This document shows, piece after piece, positions 38,538-48,029 of a stretch of 57,759 nt of DNA. This DNA is from a virus. Taxonomy: Duplodnaviria; Caudoviricetes. How positions within the stretch are numbered: position 1 is the first letter of the stretch; each line of letters begins with the position of its first letter. Where the stretch lies: the IMG/VR virus record IMGVR_UViG_3300001336_000008, positions 1 through 57,759 of that record. The stretch is one strand, 5' to 3'. Position numbers and translations under genes: made by a program. The notes beneath the pieces were generated by a model. That model was not told the origin of the DNA. It saw only the letters and a program-made list of their open reading frames with translations, and ran no database searches.

Positions 38538-39957
38538 TGTCAAACAAATCTCCAAATATAGACTGACTTACATTTTGTGGTTCATAATCTGCAAGTAATG
38601 ATTTTTGCTTCCTAGGCGGATTGCCAAAATTAGGCGGTTCACCGTTTTCGTAGAGAACTGCATTTTCTCCCATACCGTCTCGCACCAATTCAAGTGACAT
38701 AGTATATTCATCGTTCTTAAAATAATGTCTTAGTGCTGCAATAAGATATTTACCAGAATTAACTTTATCTTCAAGATCTTCGTTGTTCAGCTTTGGTGAA
38801 AAGCGATAATAATCAAGATTTACGGTTTTACCAGCTTCAAGATCAACAACCGAATTCATGTGCACATTAACTGATGTTGATTTTAATCTTTTCATGTAAG
38901 ATCGCATTCCAGCTTTTAAGTTTTCATCAACGGTTGTTAGGTTAGGATAGTCATCATATGCGTTTTCATTTCGGTATTGAACTGGCGCTGACGTAGAACG
39001 TATCCCATTGACTAAAACATTATTTGGATTTTCTGAATTAATCACATCATCAAATGTAAAGAATGTGGAGATCCAATCTTTGCCTCCAATCGTAGGAGCA
39101 TGCTTAACAAAGTCAAAGTCAGTTACTGTATAAGATCTATTCCCTATATCAACCGCAAGAGTTTGGCATGCATATGCACCAGACCCTAATTGATCTAACG
39201 TATTATATGCTCTATTAATCGTAATGCCATAAACTTGATTTCTGTACTCTTGTATTTTACTTCCGCCCAATGCATTTACCGTGTCAGGATTGCTATTGTT
39301 TTTCATTTGTAACTTAAGGGCTGGTTCTTGATCCATCATGTTTTTCATAGAGTTTAAAACTGGACCTTCACCATATACAGTATCATACACAAACATTGGA
39401 GTCTTATCAAAGGCAGGCGTTGCCTTTTGAATCATGTTAATTGCTTGAAGTGGTTTAATATACGGAAATACAACATTGTGAGACAAATAACCAGTAGCCT
39501 TTACATCAAGATCCTGTAACAAAAACTCTTTATATATCTTTTCAATAATTTCTGCCGAATTGCCCTTATAAGATTTAGAAAATAATGATATTGCATTTCG
39601 TATTTGCTGTTCTGATGTGATTGATAAACCATATCCACCAGAATGATCATTGATTTGTCTTACGTCAAAGACATCAGTAACTCTAAATGTTTTAACAAAA
39701 GTTTTAGTTTCACGTTCCCAGTATATCAAAACTTTTTCTTGACCTATAAATGGAAATGTCGATAGCATAGCCGAATTATCAATTACAATAATTTCACCGT
39801 AAATAAACGGCGTGTATATTGATTCATAGATAGAAATTTCCGAAATAGAAGAGGTGATGTCAATAATTTCTTGGTTGTATCTTTCAACAACGACTCTTAT
39901 TGCCTTTAATTTCTTAGGAGTTAATTCCGCTAACCTAGGATCTAAATTATCTGCCAT
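38530..39957 (-). CDS. Baseplate hub protein (gp27-like)
   Basis: ISIYESIYTPFIYG...FPFIGQE and SGKYLIAALRHYF motifs; lies between gp53 and gp5. Confidence 0.7.
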   Translation of the reverse strand: MADNLDPRLAELTPKKLKAIRVVVERYNQEIIDITSSISEISIYESIYTPFIYGEIIVIDNSAMLSTFPFIGQEKVLIYWERETKTFVKTFRVTDVFDVRQINDHSGGYGLSITSEQQIRNAISLFSKSYKGNSAEIIEKIYKEFLLQDLDVKATGYLSHNVVFPYIKPLQAINMIQKATPAFDKTPMFVYDTVYGEGPVLNSMKNMMDQEPALKLQMKNNSNPDTVNALGGSKIQEYRNQVYGITINRAYNTLDQLGSGAYACQTLAVDIGNRSYTVTDFDFVKHAPTIGGKDWISTFFTFDDVINSENPNNVLVNGIRSTSAPVQYRNENAYDDYPNLTTVDENLKAGMRSYMKRLKSTSVNVHMNSVVDLEAGKTVNLDYYRFSPKLNNEDLEDKVNSGKYLIAALRHYFKNDEYTMSLELVRDGMGENAVLYENGEPPNFGNPPRKQKSLLADYEPQNVSQSIFGDLFDNG

Positions 39958-39959
39958 TA

Positions 39960-40676
39960 TTAACGTCTCATTTGTATTTCAAATTCTGACACAACATTGT
40001 ATATTGCTTCCGGTTTTATAACTTTAAACTGCGATCTTTCATCGTTTATTGCAGTTTCATATTCTAGTATAGAAGTAATCGTAGATCCTGCATTTGTCCA
40101 CAGCACCCATTGACCATCTTCATCTTCATAATGATGAGGAGCCATATAATACGGCATTGTGTTTGCTATTTGTATTGTGTCACCTGTGGTTTGTCCAGTA
40201 AGAGTAAATTCCTGATTCAGCGGAAATGAATCCTCAGAGGTTAAGTTGATTGTCAAATAACCAAGTGAAGGAAACTTTCCACTCACCACTCCTGAGTATG
40301 TAGAAAAAGATACGGTTTCTAACATATCAAATTTTCCAGCAAGTGTTTCTCCCGCCTTTAATTTAAGAGCATATTCGGGATACTTTCCTTCTAGGTAACT
40401 AATTAGTTCTGCATTATATTCTTTAGGCAAGTTTTCATATGTGTTAACAATATCTTTATTTAAAAGTATGATTGTCCAATAATAATCAGGCGTGCCATAT
40501 AACTTTTCAGATATGACGTCAAGCCTATCTCCATTTGATACTGTATAATATGAATAAAAAGAAATGTCATCTGCTAGTTTTTCAAATATTTGCGAATAAT
40601 GAGCAATGTTAACAGTTTCAATAATTTGATCGCCAACGCGAAAACTGCCTTTTTTAAATTTACTGAAATAAGACAT
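39960..40676 (-). CDS. gp53: Baseplate wedge subunit gp53
   Basis: MSYFSKF, LysM-like GDRLDVISEKLYGTPDYYWTIILLN, HHYED and EYE...ND..S..KVIKP motifs. Confidence 0.88.
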   Translation of the reverse strand: MSYFSKFKKGSFRVGDQIIETVNIAHYSQIFEKLADDISFYSYYTVSNGDRLDVISEKLYGTPDYYWTIILLNKDIVNTYENLPKEYNAELISYLEGKYPEYALKLKAGETLAGKFDMLETVSFSTYSGVVSGKFPSLGYLTINLTSEDSFPLNQEFTLTGQTTGDTIQIANTMPYYMAPHHYEDEDGQWVLWTNAGSTITSILEYETAINDERSQFKVIKPEAIYNVVSEFEIQMRR

Positions 40677-40679
40677 AGC

Positions 40680-41513
40680 TTAGTATCCTTGCTCGACAAA
40701 GCCTCTATTAATTGGCTGCAGTTCTTGAAAGTTCAATGTCAGTACAATTTCAACTGGTAAGTTATCTTGTTGAAAGTAAGACATCGAGTTTGGATTATAG
40801 GTAACGCCTACTGTGGTACATACAACCTCTGGAATTTTAATTAGCTTACTAGAATTTCTTAGCTGTATACTAAATGCCTCAGGGAAGTTATATGCAGTAC
40901 CAGCGCCAGTAAGTGTAGGATATGATGCACTACGAAAAAACTTTATAATTTTTGGTACATCATCAAGTTCTTTTTCATTTGACGGAATAAAGGTGAACGA
41001 AAAAGAAAAGCTTCGTATATTCGGCGATCTGAATAGCATAAACTCTCTTGGGTTGAGAGCAATTTGTACTTCTTTTGAACGCTCAGCTGCAACATTACCA
41101 ACAATACCACCAGCACTAAGAGCAGCTCCTAAAATAGATGCTACGCGAGCACTACTGACTGAAGACGCAGCCACACCAGCCGCCGCTCCCCCTATCTTTC
41201 CTGCAGCATCTTTGTTTGAAAGAAACCCTGATACGCTTTTCTTTACATCATCTAGGGTTATTCCAGTACCGCCTTCAGATATAGCATCAAAGCCTGCGCC
41301 AATCAATCCAGTTGCCTCTTGCTGATAATTAAGCGAATCAGTTACAGTATAACTTGTTGGAAAGTAAAGAGCAACTGAATTTAATGTCTTTACTGTAGAA
41401 ATAGAATTACCGCCATTAGTTGCGCCAGTTGTATTATATGCAGCCTTGTGCGTACTAAACAACATGAATGGTCTGCCGTTTTCTACTTCCGAAGGGAATC
41501 GAAGATTCGCCAT
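40680..41513 (-). CDS. gp48: Baseplate tail-tube cap gp48
   Basis: NPREFMLFRSPNIRSFSFSFTFIPSNEKE...IIKFF and YNPN...LTLNFQEL motifs. Confidence 0.85.
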   Translation of the reverse strand: MANLRFPSEVENGRPFMLFSTHKAAYNTTGATNGGNSISTVKTLNSVALYFPTSYTVTDSLNYQQEATGLIGAGFDAISEGGTGITLDDVKKSVSGFLSNKDAAGKIGGAAAGVAASSVSSARVASILGAALSAGGIVGNVAAERSKEVQIALNPREFMLFRSPNIRSFSFSFTFIPSNEKELDDVPKIIKFFRSASYPTLTGAGTAYNFPEAFSIQLRNSSKLIKIPEVVCTTVGVTYNPNSMSYFQQDNLPVEIVLTLNFQELQPINRGFVEQGY

Positions 41514-41545
41514 AAATACTCCGTAAAGTTTAATTTTTATGAGAT

Positions 41546-41553
41546 TATTTATA
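41546..41553 (-). promoter_or_regulatory. T4-type late promoter for the gp48 operon
   Basis: TATAAATA on the minus strand; the variant CATAAATA at 41511-41518 (+) may serve gp4. Confidence 0.7.
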
Positions 41554-41996
41554 TGGCCTATCGTGGTAGATTTACACCAAAAAATAAAGATAAGTATCGA
41601 GGAGACGCAAATGGTATTGTGTATCGTTCTCTATGGGAACGCAATGCCTTTCGTTGGCTTGATGGTAATGATTCAATTGTAGCCTGGTCGTCAGAGGAAA
41701 TTGTTATACCGTATCGCTGTGCCACAGATAATAAAATCCACAGGTATTTTGTAGACATTTGGTTTGAAAATGCAGCAGGCGAAAGGTATATTGTTGAAAT
41801 AAAACCAAAGAAGGAAACTGCACCGCCAAAAAATCCTGGGCGTCGTACTCGCAAATATATCTCTGAATCGCTGACATATATTAAGAATCAATCAAAGTGG
41901 GAAGCTGCCGAAGAGTTTGCGCTCAAACATAACCTTAAGTTTGTTATATGGACTGAGGATACTCTTAAATCGCTAGGAATTAAAATCCTTAAGTAA
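41553..41996 (+). CDS. gp4: Head completion nuclease gp4 (TnsA-like fold)
   Basis: MAYRGRFTPKNKDKYRGD..IVYRSLWER, WSSEEIVIPY, HRYFVD, EIKP and KWEAA motifs; start at 41553. Confidence 0.92.
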   Translation: MAYRGRFTPKNKDKYRGDANGIVYRSLWERNAFRWLDGNDSIVAWSSEEIVIPYRCATDNKIHRYFVDIWFENAAGERYIVEIKPKKETAPPKNPGRRTRKYISESLTYIKNQSKWEAAEEFALKHNLKFVIWTEDTLKSLGIKILK

Positions 41997-42001
41997 TCAG
42001 G

Positions 42002-42009
42002 TATAAATA
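42002..42009 (+). promoter_or_regulatory. T4-type late promoter
   Basis: TATAAATA immediately upstream of gp2. Confidence 0.75.
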
Positions 42010-42014
42010 ATAGT

Positions 42015-42611
42015 ATGGCTACAGAATCATTATTTAAAAACCTACAAACTGAAATTGCTCGAAAAGGTATTGCTCGTCGCACAGATGAATCGCGTGAATG
42101 GTTCAGAAATAAGGCACGAGACCTTCGTTCAATTAATCGTAGGCAATTGCTACGGGATCCATTGCTCGAGGAGCGTACAAGGCCTCTGGTAGGTCGTATG
42201 TACCATTATTTTTACGATCCTAAAGGTAAGGATGATCTACCTTATTATGATAGGTTTCCACTTACATTGATGGTAGGACCAGCCAAGGATGGTTTTTATG
42301 GATTGAATCTTCATTATCTTCATCCTAATACAAGAGCCGTGTTGCTAGATAAATTGATGGATGTTGCAACGAATAAAAGATATAATGACAGGACAAGACT
42401 TAGAATTAATTACGAGATTTTATCTAACGCTACAAAATACAGAGAATTTAAACCTTGCTTTAAGCATTATTTAACCAAACACTTAAAGTCAAAGGTAGTA
42501 TTGATACCTGCTTCAGAATGGGACATTGCAATATTTTTACCGACTGAGCAGTTTAAGGGTTCAACAAAAACAAAAGTTTGGAACGAATCTAAAAGGATAT
42601 ACCGATCATGA
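42015..42611 (+). CDS. gp2: DNA end protector gp2
   Basis: YDPKGKDDLPYYDRFPL, GLNLHYL, KPCFKHYL and AIFLPTEQF motifs. Confidence 0.93.
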   Translation: MATESLFKNLQTEIARKGIARRTDESREWFRNKARDLRSINRRQLLRDPLLEERTRPLVGRMYHYFYDPKGKDDLPYYDRFPLTLMVGPAKDGFYGLNLHYLHPNTRAVLLDKLMDVATNKRYNDRTRLRINYEILSNATKYREFKPCFKHYLTKHLKSKVVLIPASEWDIAIFLPTEQFKGSTKTKVWNESKRIYRS

Positions 42612-43186
42612 GTACTGTAGATCAGATGCTCGCACAGTTTAAATCTTCGGGTGGCGTAGCTCGAGGGAATCGTTATCGTATAACATTTGTCAATGACGAC
42701 AGTAATAAACTAAACATATTATGTGATTCTGTTACTTGGCCTGGGCGCCAAATAATTACTTCTGACTATATGACAACAATGAAGTCATATAAGCGCCCAT
42801 ATGCATTTGCTAATGAAGATGTAACTATATCATTCATATTAACTAATGATTGGTACACATGGAATTATCTTAAAGCCTGGCAGTCTTCAATTATTAATAA
42901 CATTGACACTGCAACTGGCGCGTATACTGTCAACTTAAAAAGATCATACACAAAAGAAGTATTGATTGAACACCTCAATGAGCAGGACCAAATAAATAGA
43001 TATGTTAAGCTATATGATGCATATCCTACGACGCTCAATTCAATGGATTTAGCAAACTCAAACGAAAACAGTATCATGAGATGCACTGCAATGTTTTCAT
43101 ATGAAAATTGGAGCTCTGATGATACGCAACAAGTTAACACGATTGATCCGATATTAACCGATTTTGGAATTACTACTATAGTATAA
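42608..43186 (+). CDS. gp54: Baseplate tail-tube initiator gp54-like
   Basis: GGVARGNRY, LCDSVTWPGRQI and LYDAYPT...L...N...FSYENW tube-fold motifs; synteny. Confidence 0.75.
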   Translation: MSTVDQMLAQFKSSGGVARGNRYRITFVNDDSNKLNILCDSVTWPGRQIITSDYMTTMKSYKRPYAFANEDVTISFILTNDWYTWNYLKAWQSSIINNIDTATGAYTVNLKRSYTKEVLIEHLNEQDQINRYVKLYDAYPTTLNSMDLANSNENSIMRCTAMFSYENWSSDDTQQVNTIDPILTDFGITTIV

Positions 43187-43199
43187 AGGAGATAATATA

Positions 43200-43907
43200 A
43201 TGGCTTTACCTAAGTTAGATACCCCGCGATATGAAATGAAAATACCGTCAACAAATAAAAAGACTGTATACAGACCATACCTTGTTAAAGAAGAAAAAAT
43301 TTTAATGTTAGCAATGGAGTCAAACGATCAAACGCAAATGGTTCGTGCTCTTAAGGATGTTATTAACTCTTGTACTGAAGGCGCAATTGATGTCAATGAA
43401 TTGACTATGTTTGATCTTGAATATGTGTTTATGCAATTAAGATCAAAGTCATCAGGAGAAACAACCGAGGTTAACATTAAATGCAAATCATGCGAAACTA
43501 AAAATTCGGTAAACATTAATTTATCAAATGTTAATGTTAAAGTGCCTAAAGCAACTGAACTAAAAATTAAGTTAACAGATCAAGTTGGTCTTGTGATGAA
43601 GTATCCTTCGGTTAGTGATATGCTCGATGTACAAAAGTCTGATGACAGTGAAATCAATAAAATTTTTTCTGTTATTGCAAAGTCTATTGATTCAATTTAT
43701 TCGGGTGATGAAGTATTTGATGCAAAGGAACAAAGCGCAGATGAACTAAAGGATTTTATTGATTCGCTCAATAGCGAGCAATTTAATAAAATTAGAAACT
43801 TTATTGAAAACATGCCAGCTGCAGCAACAATGGTTTCTTTTGATTGCAGTAAGTGTTCTACTCACAATGAAGTTGAAATAAAGGGTCTTGCAAATTTTTT
43901 CAGCTAG
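43200..43907 (+). CDS. gp26: Baseplate hub assembly protein gp26
   Basis: MALPKL..P.Y, YRPYLVKEEKIL, FDLEYVFMQLRSKS.GE, two CxxC motifs and GLANFF. Confidence 0.9.
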   Translation: MALPKLDTPRYEMKIPSTNKKTVYRPYLVKEEKILMLAMESNDQTQMVRALKDVINSCTEGAIDVNELTMFDLEYVFMQLRSKSSGETTEVNIKCKSCETKNSVNINLSNVNVKVPKATELKIKLTDQVGLVMKYPSVSDMLDVQKSDDSEINKIFSVIAKSIDSIYSGDEVFDAKEQSADELKDFIDSLNSEQFNKIRNFIENMPAAATMVSFDCSKCSTHNEVEIKGLANFFS

Positions 43908-44089
43908 CCCTTTCTCATGACTCAATTGTCAATCACTATAAAGTTAACTTTGCTTTAATGCAACATCACAAATATAGTTTGACTGAGTTAAATGAAATGC
44001 TGCCGTGGGAAAGGGAAGTATATATGACAATGCTAGTTGAACATATTAAGGAAGAAAGCGAAAGAATGCGAAAGGTAAAGCAAAAATGA
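43901..44089 (+). CDS. gp51: gp51-like baseplate hub assembly segment (first ATG 43958; frame open from the slippery site)
   Basis: Not in the ORF track. Manual translation: QLALSHDSIVNHYKVNFALMQHHKYSLTELNEMLPWEREVYMTMLVEHIKEESERMRKVKQK*. Confidence 0.8.
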   Translation, partial: QLALSHDSIVNHYKVNFALMQHHKYSLTELNEMLPWEREVYMTMLVEHIKEESERMRKVKQK

Positions 44090-44373
44090 GTAAAGATTTA
44101 AACAACGACGGAGTAGTTGATAGTGCTGATGCGGAGTTGGCAAAAGCATTCAACGAAATTGAAATAAAGAATCGTAAAATGGAAAGCCAAAAACAAATGG
44201 CTTGGTTTTCCTTAGTAATGATTGCTGTCATTACTATTTTTATTTTTACTCCTTTTGTTTCAGACTCAAGAGTTTCTGCATTGAGCGATTTGCTTGGTTT
44301 ATTTTATATTTCTTGTGCTGGTATAACAGGTGCATATGTTGGGGTAACCGCATGGATGTCAAAAAAAGGATAA
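44086..44373 (+). CDS. Small membrane protein (two TM helices, holin-like) with an EF-hand-like N-terminus
   Basis: DLNNDGVVDSAD loop and two hydrophobic segments. Confidence 0.6.
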   Translation: MSKDLNNDGVVDSADAELAKAFNEIEIKNRKMESQKQMAWFSLVMIAVITIFIFTPFVSDSRVSALSDLLGLFYISCAGITGAYVGVTAWMSKKG

Positions 44374-44382
44374 GGAATAGTA

Positions 44383-46416
44383 ATGACGCTCGATGATGTC
44401 ACTATAGAATTAAAAGAAGTTAATGACAATCTTGTTCACATTAGCAAAAATACTAATGAAACTAATGAGTACTTGTTACTCACAATTGATACTTTTACTG
44501 AAAAATTTACAGCACTCTTAGATTTTTTTGCAGGAAATTCTTTAAAAGAAATTGAAGAAGAACGTGAAGAAAAAGAATATCAAAAAGATTTGTTGAATGC
44601 TATAAGCGGTGGCGGTGGTAATGCAGGCGGTGGCGGTGGTAATGCAGGCGGTGGAGGTAAAGGCTTAGGTATTTTAGGTGCACTTGGTGGCATGAAAATG
44701 GCTGGTATCGGTATTGGTGCAGGTGCACTTGCAGGAGGATTAGGTATACTTGCTGGCGGTGGTGCCTTTTTGCTAAAAACTTTAGAGGATTTAGACACCG
44801 AAGCATTAAAAGAAAACGTGAATAACCTTTTATCAATTGGAGAATCGTTTAAGGGGGGTACTCTTGATTTTCTAAAAGCTGGCGGATCGTTTTTCTTAGT
44901 AATGACAGGATTGGGTTTGGGTTTAATTGCATTTAGCGCAGGACAAGGATTTGCTGCAGCAGTTGATTATTTTACTAAAGATTCTAACTTTGCAGAAAAC
45001 ATTAAAGAAAACGTAAAAACACTCTTATCAATTTCCGATGAAGTTGATGGACTTGGTGGTGCATTACTTGAGGGCGGCACATTTACTTTACTTATGGGTG
45101 GATTGGCCGCGGGTCTTGCAATATTTGGCGCCGCTGGTGTTTTGACTTCTGCATTAGATTTATTTACTAAGGATGGCTGGGCACAAAAAATAAAGGACAA
45201 CGTAAAAACTCTCCTATTAATTTCCGATGAAGTTGATGGGCTTAGTGGTGCATTACTTGAAGGCGGTACCTTTATTGCTCTTATGACTGGTTTAACTGCG
45301 GGTCTTGCAATATTTGGCGCCGCTGGTGTTTTGACTTCTGCATTAGATTTGTTTACTAAAGATGGTTGGGCACAAAAAATAAAGGACAACGTAAAAACAT
45401 TGCTATCAATATCTGACGAGGTGTCGGATGAAGATGCTACTATGTTAGGAAAGAGCGGAGCATTTGCTTTATCAATGGCAGGTATAGCTGGTGGGCTTAC
45501 CGTGTTTGCTGTTGGACAATTAGCAAGTAACCTTGGTAATACTTTTAGTTCTGATGGTTGGGCGCAGGGAATAGTAGATAATGTCGTTTCTTTGCTGTCT
45601 ATAACTGATCATTTATCAGACGGCGATGGCGAATCGTCAAAAGCATCTAAGTTTGCTGCTGGTATGGCAAAAATTTCTGCAGGTCTTTTAGCATTTACTG
45701 CATCTGAAGCAATTGGATCACTAGCAGGTGTAGGCGAAACAATACTTGGGTTTTTTGGCTCAAAATCTCCATTTTCAAAAATAATGGAAATTGCTAAAGA
45801 AGCCAGTGAGCTTGAAAAAGGCGCAGGCGCAATTGAAAAAATTGCAAACGCTCTTAATGTTTTTGGCGGTATTAAAATATCAGATATTGATGTTGACTTT
45901 GCAGAGTTGGCCGAAAATCTTGGAAAAGCAATTCCCTTTATTGATGCTCTTGCAAATGGCGGAGAAGTAAAAGGTAGTGGTGGTTGGTTAAGTAAACCAC
46001 TTGTATTTGAAAAGGGAATATTGGATCCATCATTACGTATTGATGAATTATCTAAACAAATACAAAAAGTCAATTATGTATTGGGAAGGGGTAAAGCACC
46101 AGTTGAAAATATTTCCCAACTAGATCAAAGCGTCGAAGGTAGAGGTGCACTAAAAGGCGTAGAAGTTTCTGCGCCAAATCAAAAAAGAGTAGAGGTTCTT
46201 GGTGGCGAAGCTCAGTCTGCAGAAATTGAAAAGCAAATGATGCAAATGCAAAGTCAATCTGCTGGAGGTGGTGAAGGGGGTAATGTAACGGTAATTGACT
46301 CAAGCAACAAGAGTACAAATACTATAAACGAATTTAAACCTGCACCAAGTCCAGTAAGACAACCAAACTCGCCAAGCGAATCTCTTTGGAATATGGGTGG
46401 TAGTTTTGCGCCATAA
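44383..46416 (+). CDS. Probable tape measure protein (gp29-like)
   Basis: Helical, Ala/Gly-rich, with 63-aa repeats; follows gp26/gp51; 677 aa. Confidence 0.65.
   Translation: MTLDDVTIELKEVNDNLVHISKNTNETNEYLLLTIDTFTEKFTALLDFFAGNSLKEIEEEREEKEYQKDLLNAISGGGGNAGGGGGNAGGGGKGLGILGALGGMKMAGIGIGAGALAGGLGILAGGGAFLLKTLEDLDTEALKENVNNLLSIGESFKGGTLDFLKAGGSFFLVMTGLGLGLIAFSAGQGFAAAVDYFTKDSNFAENIKENVKTLLSISDEVDGLGGALLEGGTFTLLMGGLAAGLAIFGAAGVLTSALDLFTKDGWAQKIKDNVKTLLLISDEVDGLSGALLEGGTFIALMTGLTAGLAIFGAAGVLTSALDLFTKDGWAQKIKDNVKTLLSISDEVSDEDATMLGKSGAFALSMAGIAGGLTVFAVGQLASNLGNTFSSDGWAQGIVDNVVSLLSITDHLSDGDGESSKASKFAAGMAKISAGLLAFTASEAIGSLAGVGETILGFFGSKSPFSKIMEIAKEASELEKGAGAIEKIANALNVFGGIKISDIDVDFAELAENLGKAIPFIDALANGGEVKGSGGWLSKPLVFEKGILDPSLRIDELSKQIQKVNYVLGRGKAPVENISQLDQSVEGRGALKGVEVSAPNQKRVEVLGGEAQSAEIEKQMMQMQSQSAGGGEGGNVTVIDSSNKSTNTINEFKPAPSPVRQPNSPSESLWNMGGSFAP
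44990..45420 (+). repeat. 189-bp tandem direct repeat inside the tape-measure-like gene
   Basis: GGTCTTGCAATATTTGGCGCCGCTGGTGTTTTGACTTCTGCATTAGATT occurs at 45112 and 45301; outer limits approximate. Confidence 0.85.
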
Positions 46417-46440
46417 AAAAAGGGAACCGAAGTTCCCTTA
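46414..46440 (-). terminator. Intrinsic terminator with cUUCGg tetraloop between convergent genes
   Basis: Minus strand AAGGGAAC-TTCG-GTTCCCTT followed by a T run, just after the gp32 stop. Confidence 0.9.
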
Positions 46441-46445
46441 TCCTA

Positions 46446-47357
46446 TTAACTTTGTGCTGCTAGTTTAGCAAAGTACGATAGCGTATCATCGTCATCATCA
46501 CCAGAAGATGGTGCACTGACTTCTGCTTCAGACTCAACTGCCTTTGGCGCAGAGACCTTAGGTGTATTATCAACCTCATCGAGTGAAATTGATTCCGCAG
46601 TAGTCATAGACATGCCTTCTTCACCAAGAACTTGATTCAGCTTAGCCTTTAGTTCGGCATATGACTTATAGCTCTTAGGATCTGAAAACTCAGACAACGC
46701 ATGCAACTTGTTGTAGATACCTTCAAGTTCATCATCGTCATCAGACAATGGTTTAGGTGAAGCAAACTCAGACTTGTCGTAGTTGCGATAACCTTCTACA
46801 TTGCGAATTTTCAACTTAAAGTCAGCGCCTTCCCAAAAGTCAAACGGATTGACTGGTTCTTCATCTTGAAACTGTGGTGTCATAATATCAGTAATCTTAT
46901 CAAAGATCTTTTTACCAAACTGATATAAAAATACTTTGCCTTCGTTTTCAGGATTAGACGGATCTGACACAACATAAATGTTGGTTACATAATGAAGTCT
47001 ACGCTTACGATCACGAGCAATTTGTTTGTCTTCTTCACGACCAGAGTTCCAAAGAATTGAATTGCCTTCAGATACAGGATCAGGCTGACCGATTGATGTT
47101 AGGGATTTCTCGATATACCAACGCCCGGTTGGTCCTTTGAAGCCATGATCCCAATAACGGACCCATGGTAGATCTTCGCCTTCAGCGGCTGGCAAAAATC
47201 GAATTACTGCATAACCGTTACCAGATTTATCAACTGCGGGTTTCCAAAAGCGATCATCGCCATATGATTTCTGTTCTCCGCCACCAACTTTTTCTGCAGC
47301 ATTTTTGAGTTTATCAATTGAAGCTGAACGGTTCTTTTTAAGATTTGCAAATGACAT
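46446..47357 (-). CDS. gp32: Single-stranded DNA-binding protein gp32
   Basis: DDRFWKP..DKSGNGYAVIRFLP, HGFKGPTGRWYIE, GKKIFDKI, NPFDFWEGADFKLKIR and an acidic tail. Confidence 0.97.
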   Translation of the reverse strand: MSFANLKKNRSASIDKLKNAAEKVGGGEQKSYGDDRFWKPAVDKSGNGYAVIRFLPAAEGEDLPWVRYWDHGFKGPTGRWYIEKSLTSIGQPDPVSEGNSILWNSGREEDKQIARDRKRRLHYVTNIYVVSDPSNPENEGKVFLYQFGKKIFDKITDIMTPQFQDEEPVNPFDFWEGADFKLKIRNVEGYRNYDKSEFASPKPLSDDDDELEGIYNKLHALSEFSDPKSYKSYAELKAKLNQVLGEEGMSMTTAESISLDEVDNTPKVSAPKAVESEAEVSAPSSGDDDDDTLSYFAKLAAQS

Positions 47358-47424
47358 ATATATTTCCTTTTATTAAAAACGTATTATCTGAATTATCCAC
47401 AAACTGCTCATGATGTATATTAGT

Positions 47425-47453
47425 ATTATAACACAGTATGATCATAATGTAAA
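47425..47453 (-). promoter_or_regulatory. sigma70-type promoter for gp32
   Basis: TTTACA-17 nt-TATAAT with TGn extension. The ACTGTGTTATAATACTA core recurs near 50350-50366. Confidence 0.7.
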
Positions 47454-48029
47454 TACCCTAAGCACAATCTTTTTCATTTTCTCAAGATCAGGGTTTACGA
47501 AGGTAGAGTACTTTTGAATTTTCTTTTTTGCATCAGGCCAAATAATTGTATCGTCTATACATAATGTTTTAGTAAACCCAACTAACTTGTCGAGTATTAC
47601 TACGGTTTCTAAACATATCTCATCCTGCATGTGATAATACCACAAGGTTGGATATGGAGAAAACGTTGGCTTAAAAAGATCATCAAAGGATTCTGCCTTT
47701 TCGTACAGTTTATTTATATCTTGTTCAAATGTATATGATAAGGACTGATTGCGCTTTTGCCATTGTGACCAAGTATCTTCGTCGGCTAGCATATCACCGA
47801 CCCACTTTCTTTCTCCGATAAACTGAGCAACAAAAAAGTTAATCAGTTCGCCTGGTTCATTGAACTTATTTGCAATTTTTGCAAGCTGATATTTGTCACG
47901 ACGTTTCCAAAATGACTTTTGTGTTGCTGACGTTTTATAGTTATATTTTATTGCATCATATGTATCAGACTCAAAGTGCATTTTGATTGCCATGTAATAC
48001 CTATATGCATCATATGGTTCAATTCTCAT
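47442..48029 (-). CDS. gp59: Helicase loader gp59
   Basis: YRYYMAIKMHF...YDAIKY, F.KRRDKY, QSLSYTFEQD and ICLETVVILD motifs; gp33-gp59-gp32 synteny. Confidence 0.9.
   Translation of the reverse strand: MRIEPYDAYRYYMAIKMHFESDTYDAIKYNYKTSATQKSFWKRRDKYQLAKIANKFNEPGELINFFVAQFIGERKWVGDMLADEDTWSQWQKRNQSLSYTFEQDINKLYEKAESFDDLFKPTFSPYPTLWYYHMQDEICLETVVILDKLVGFTKTLCIDDTIIWPDAKKKIQKYSTFVNPDLEKMKKIVLRVFTL

Noticed and set aside
41553-41996. TnsA-like transposase or homing endonuclease
   Set aside because: Motifs and the position between gp48 and gp2 identify the core head-completion protein gp4; no transposon ends.
6-46318. Many antisense/shadow ORFs in the track (e.g. 2834..3376, 21050..21589, 40813..41325, 45609..46073)
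   Set aside because: They lie opposite or inside well-supported genes, lack RBS and motifs, and reflect codon bias.
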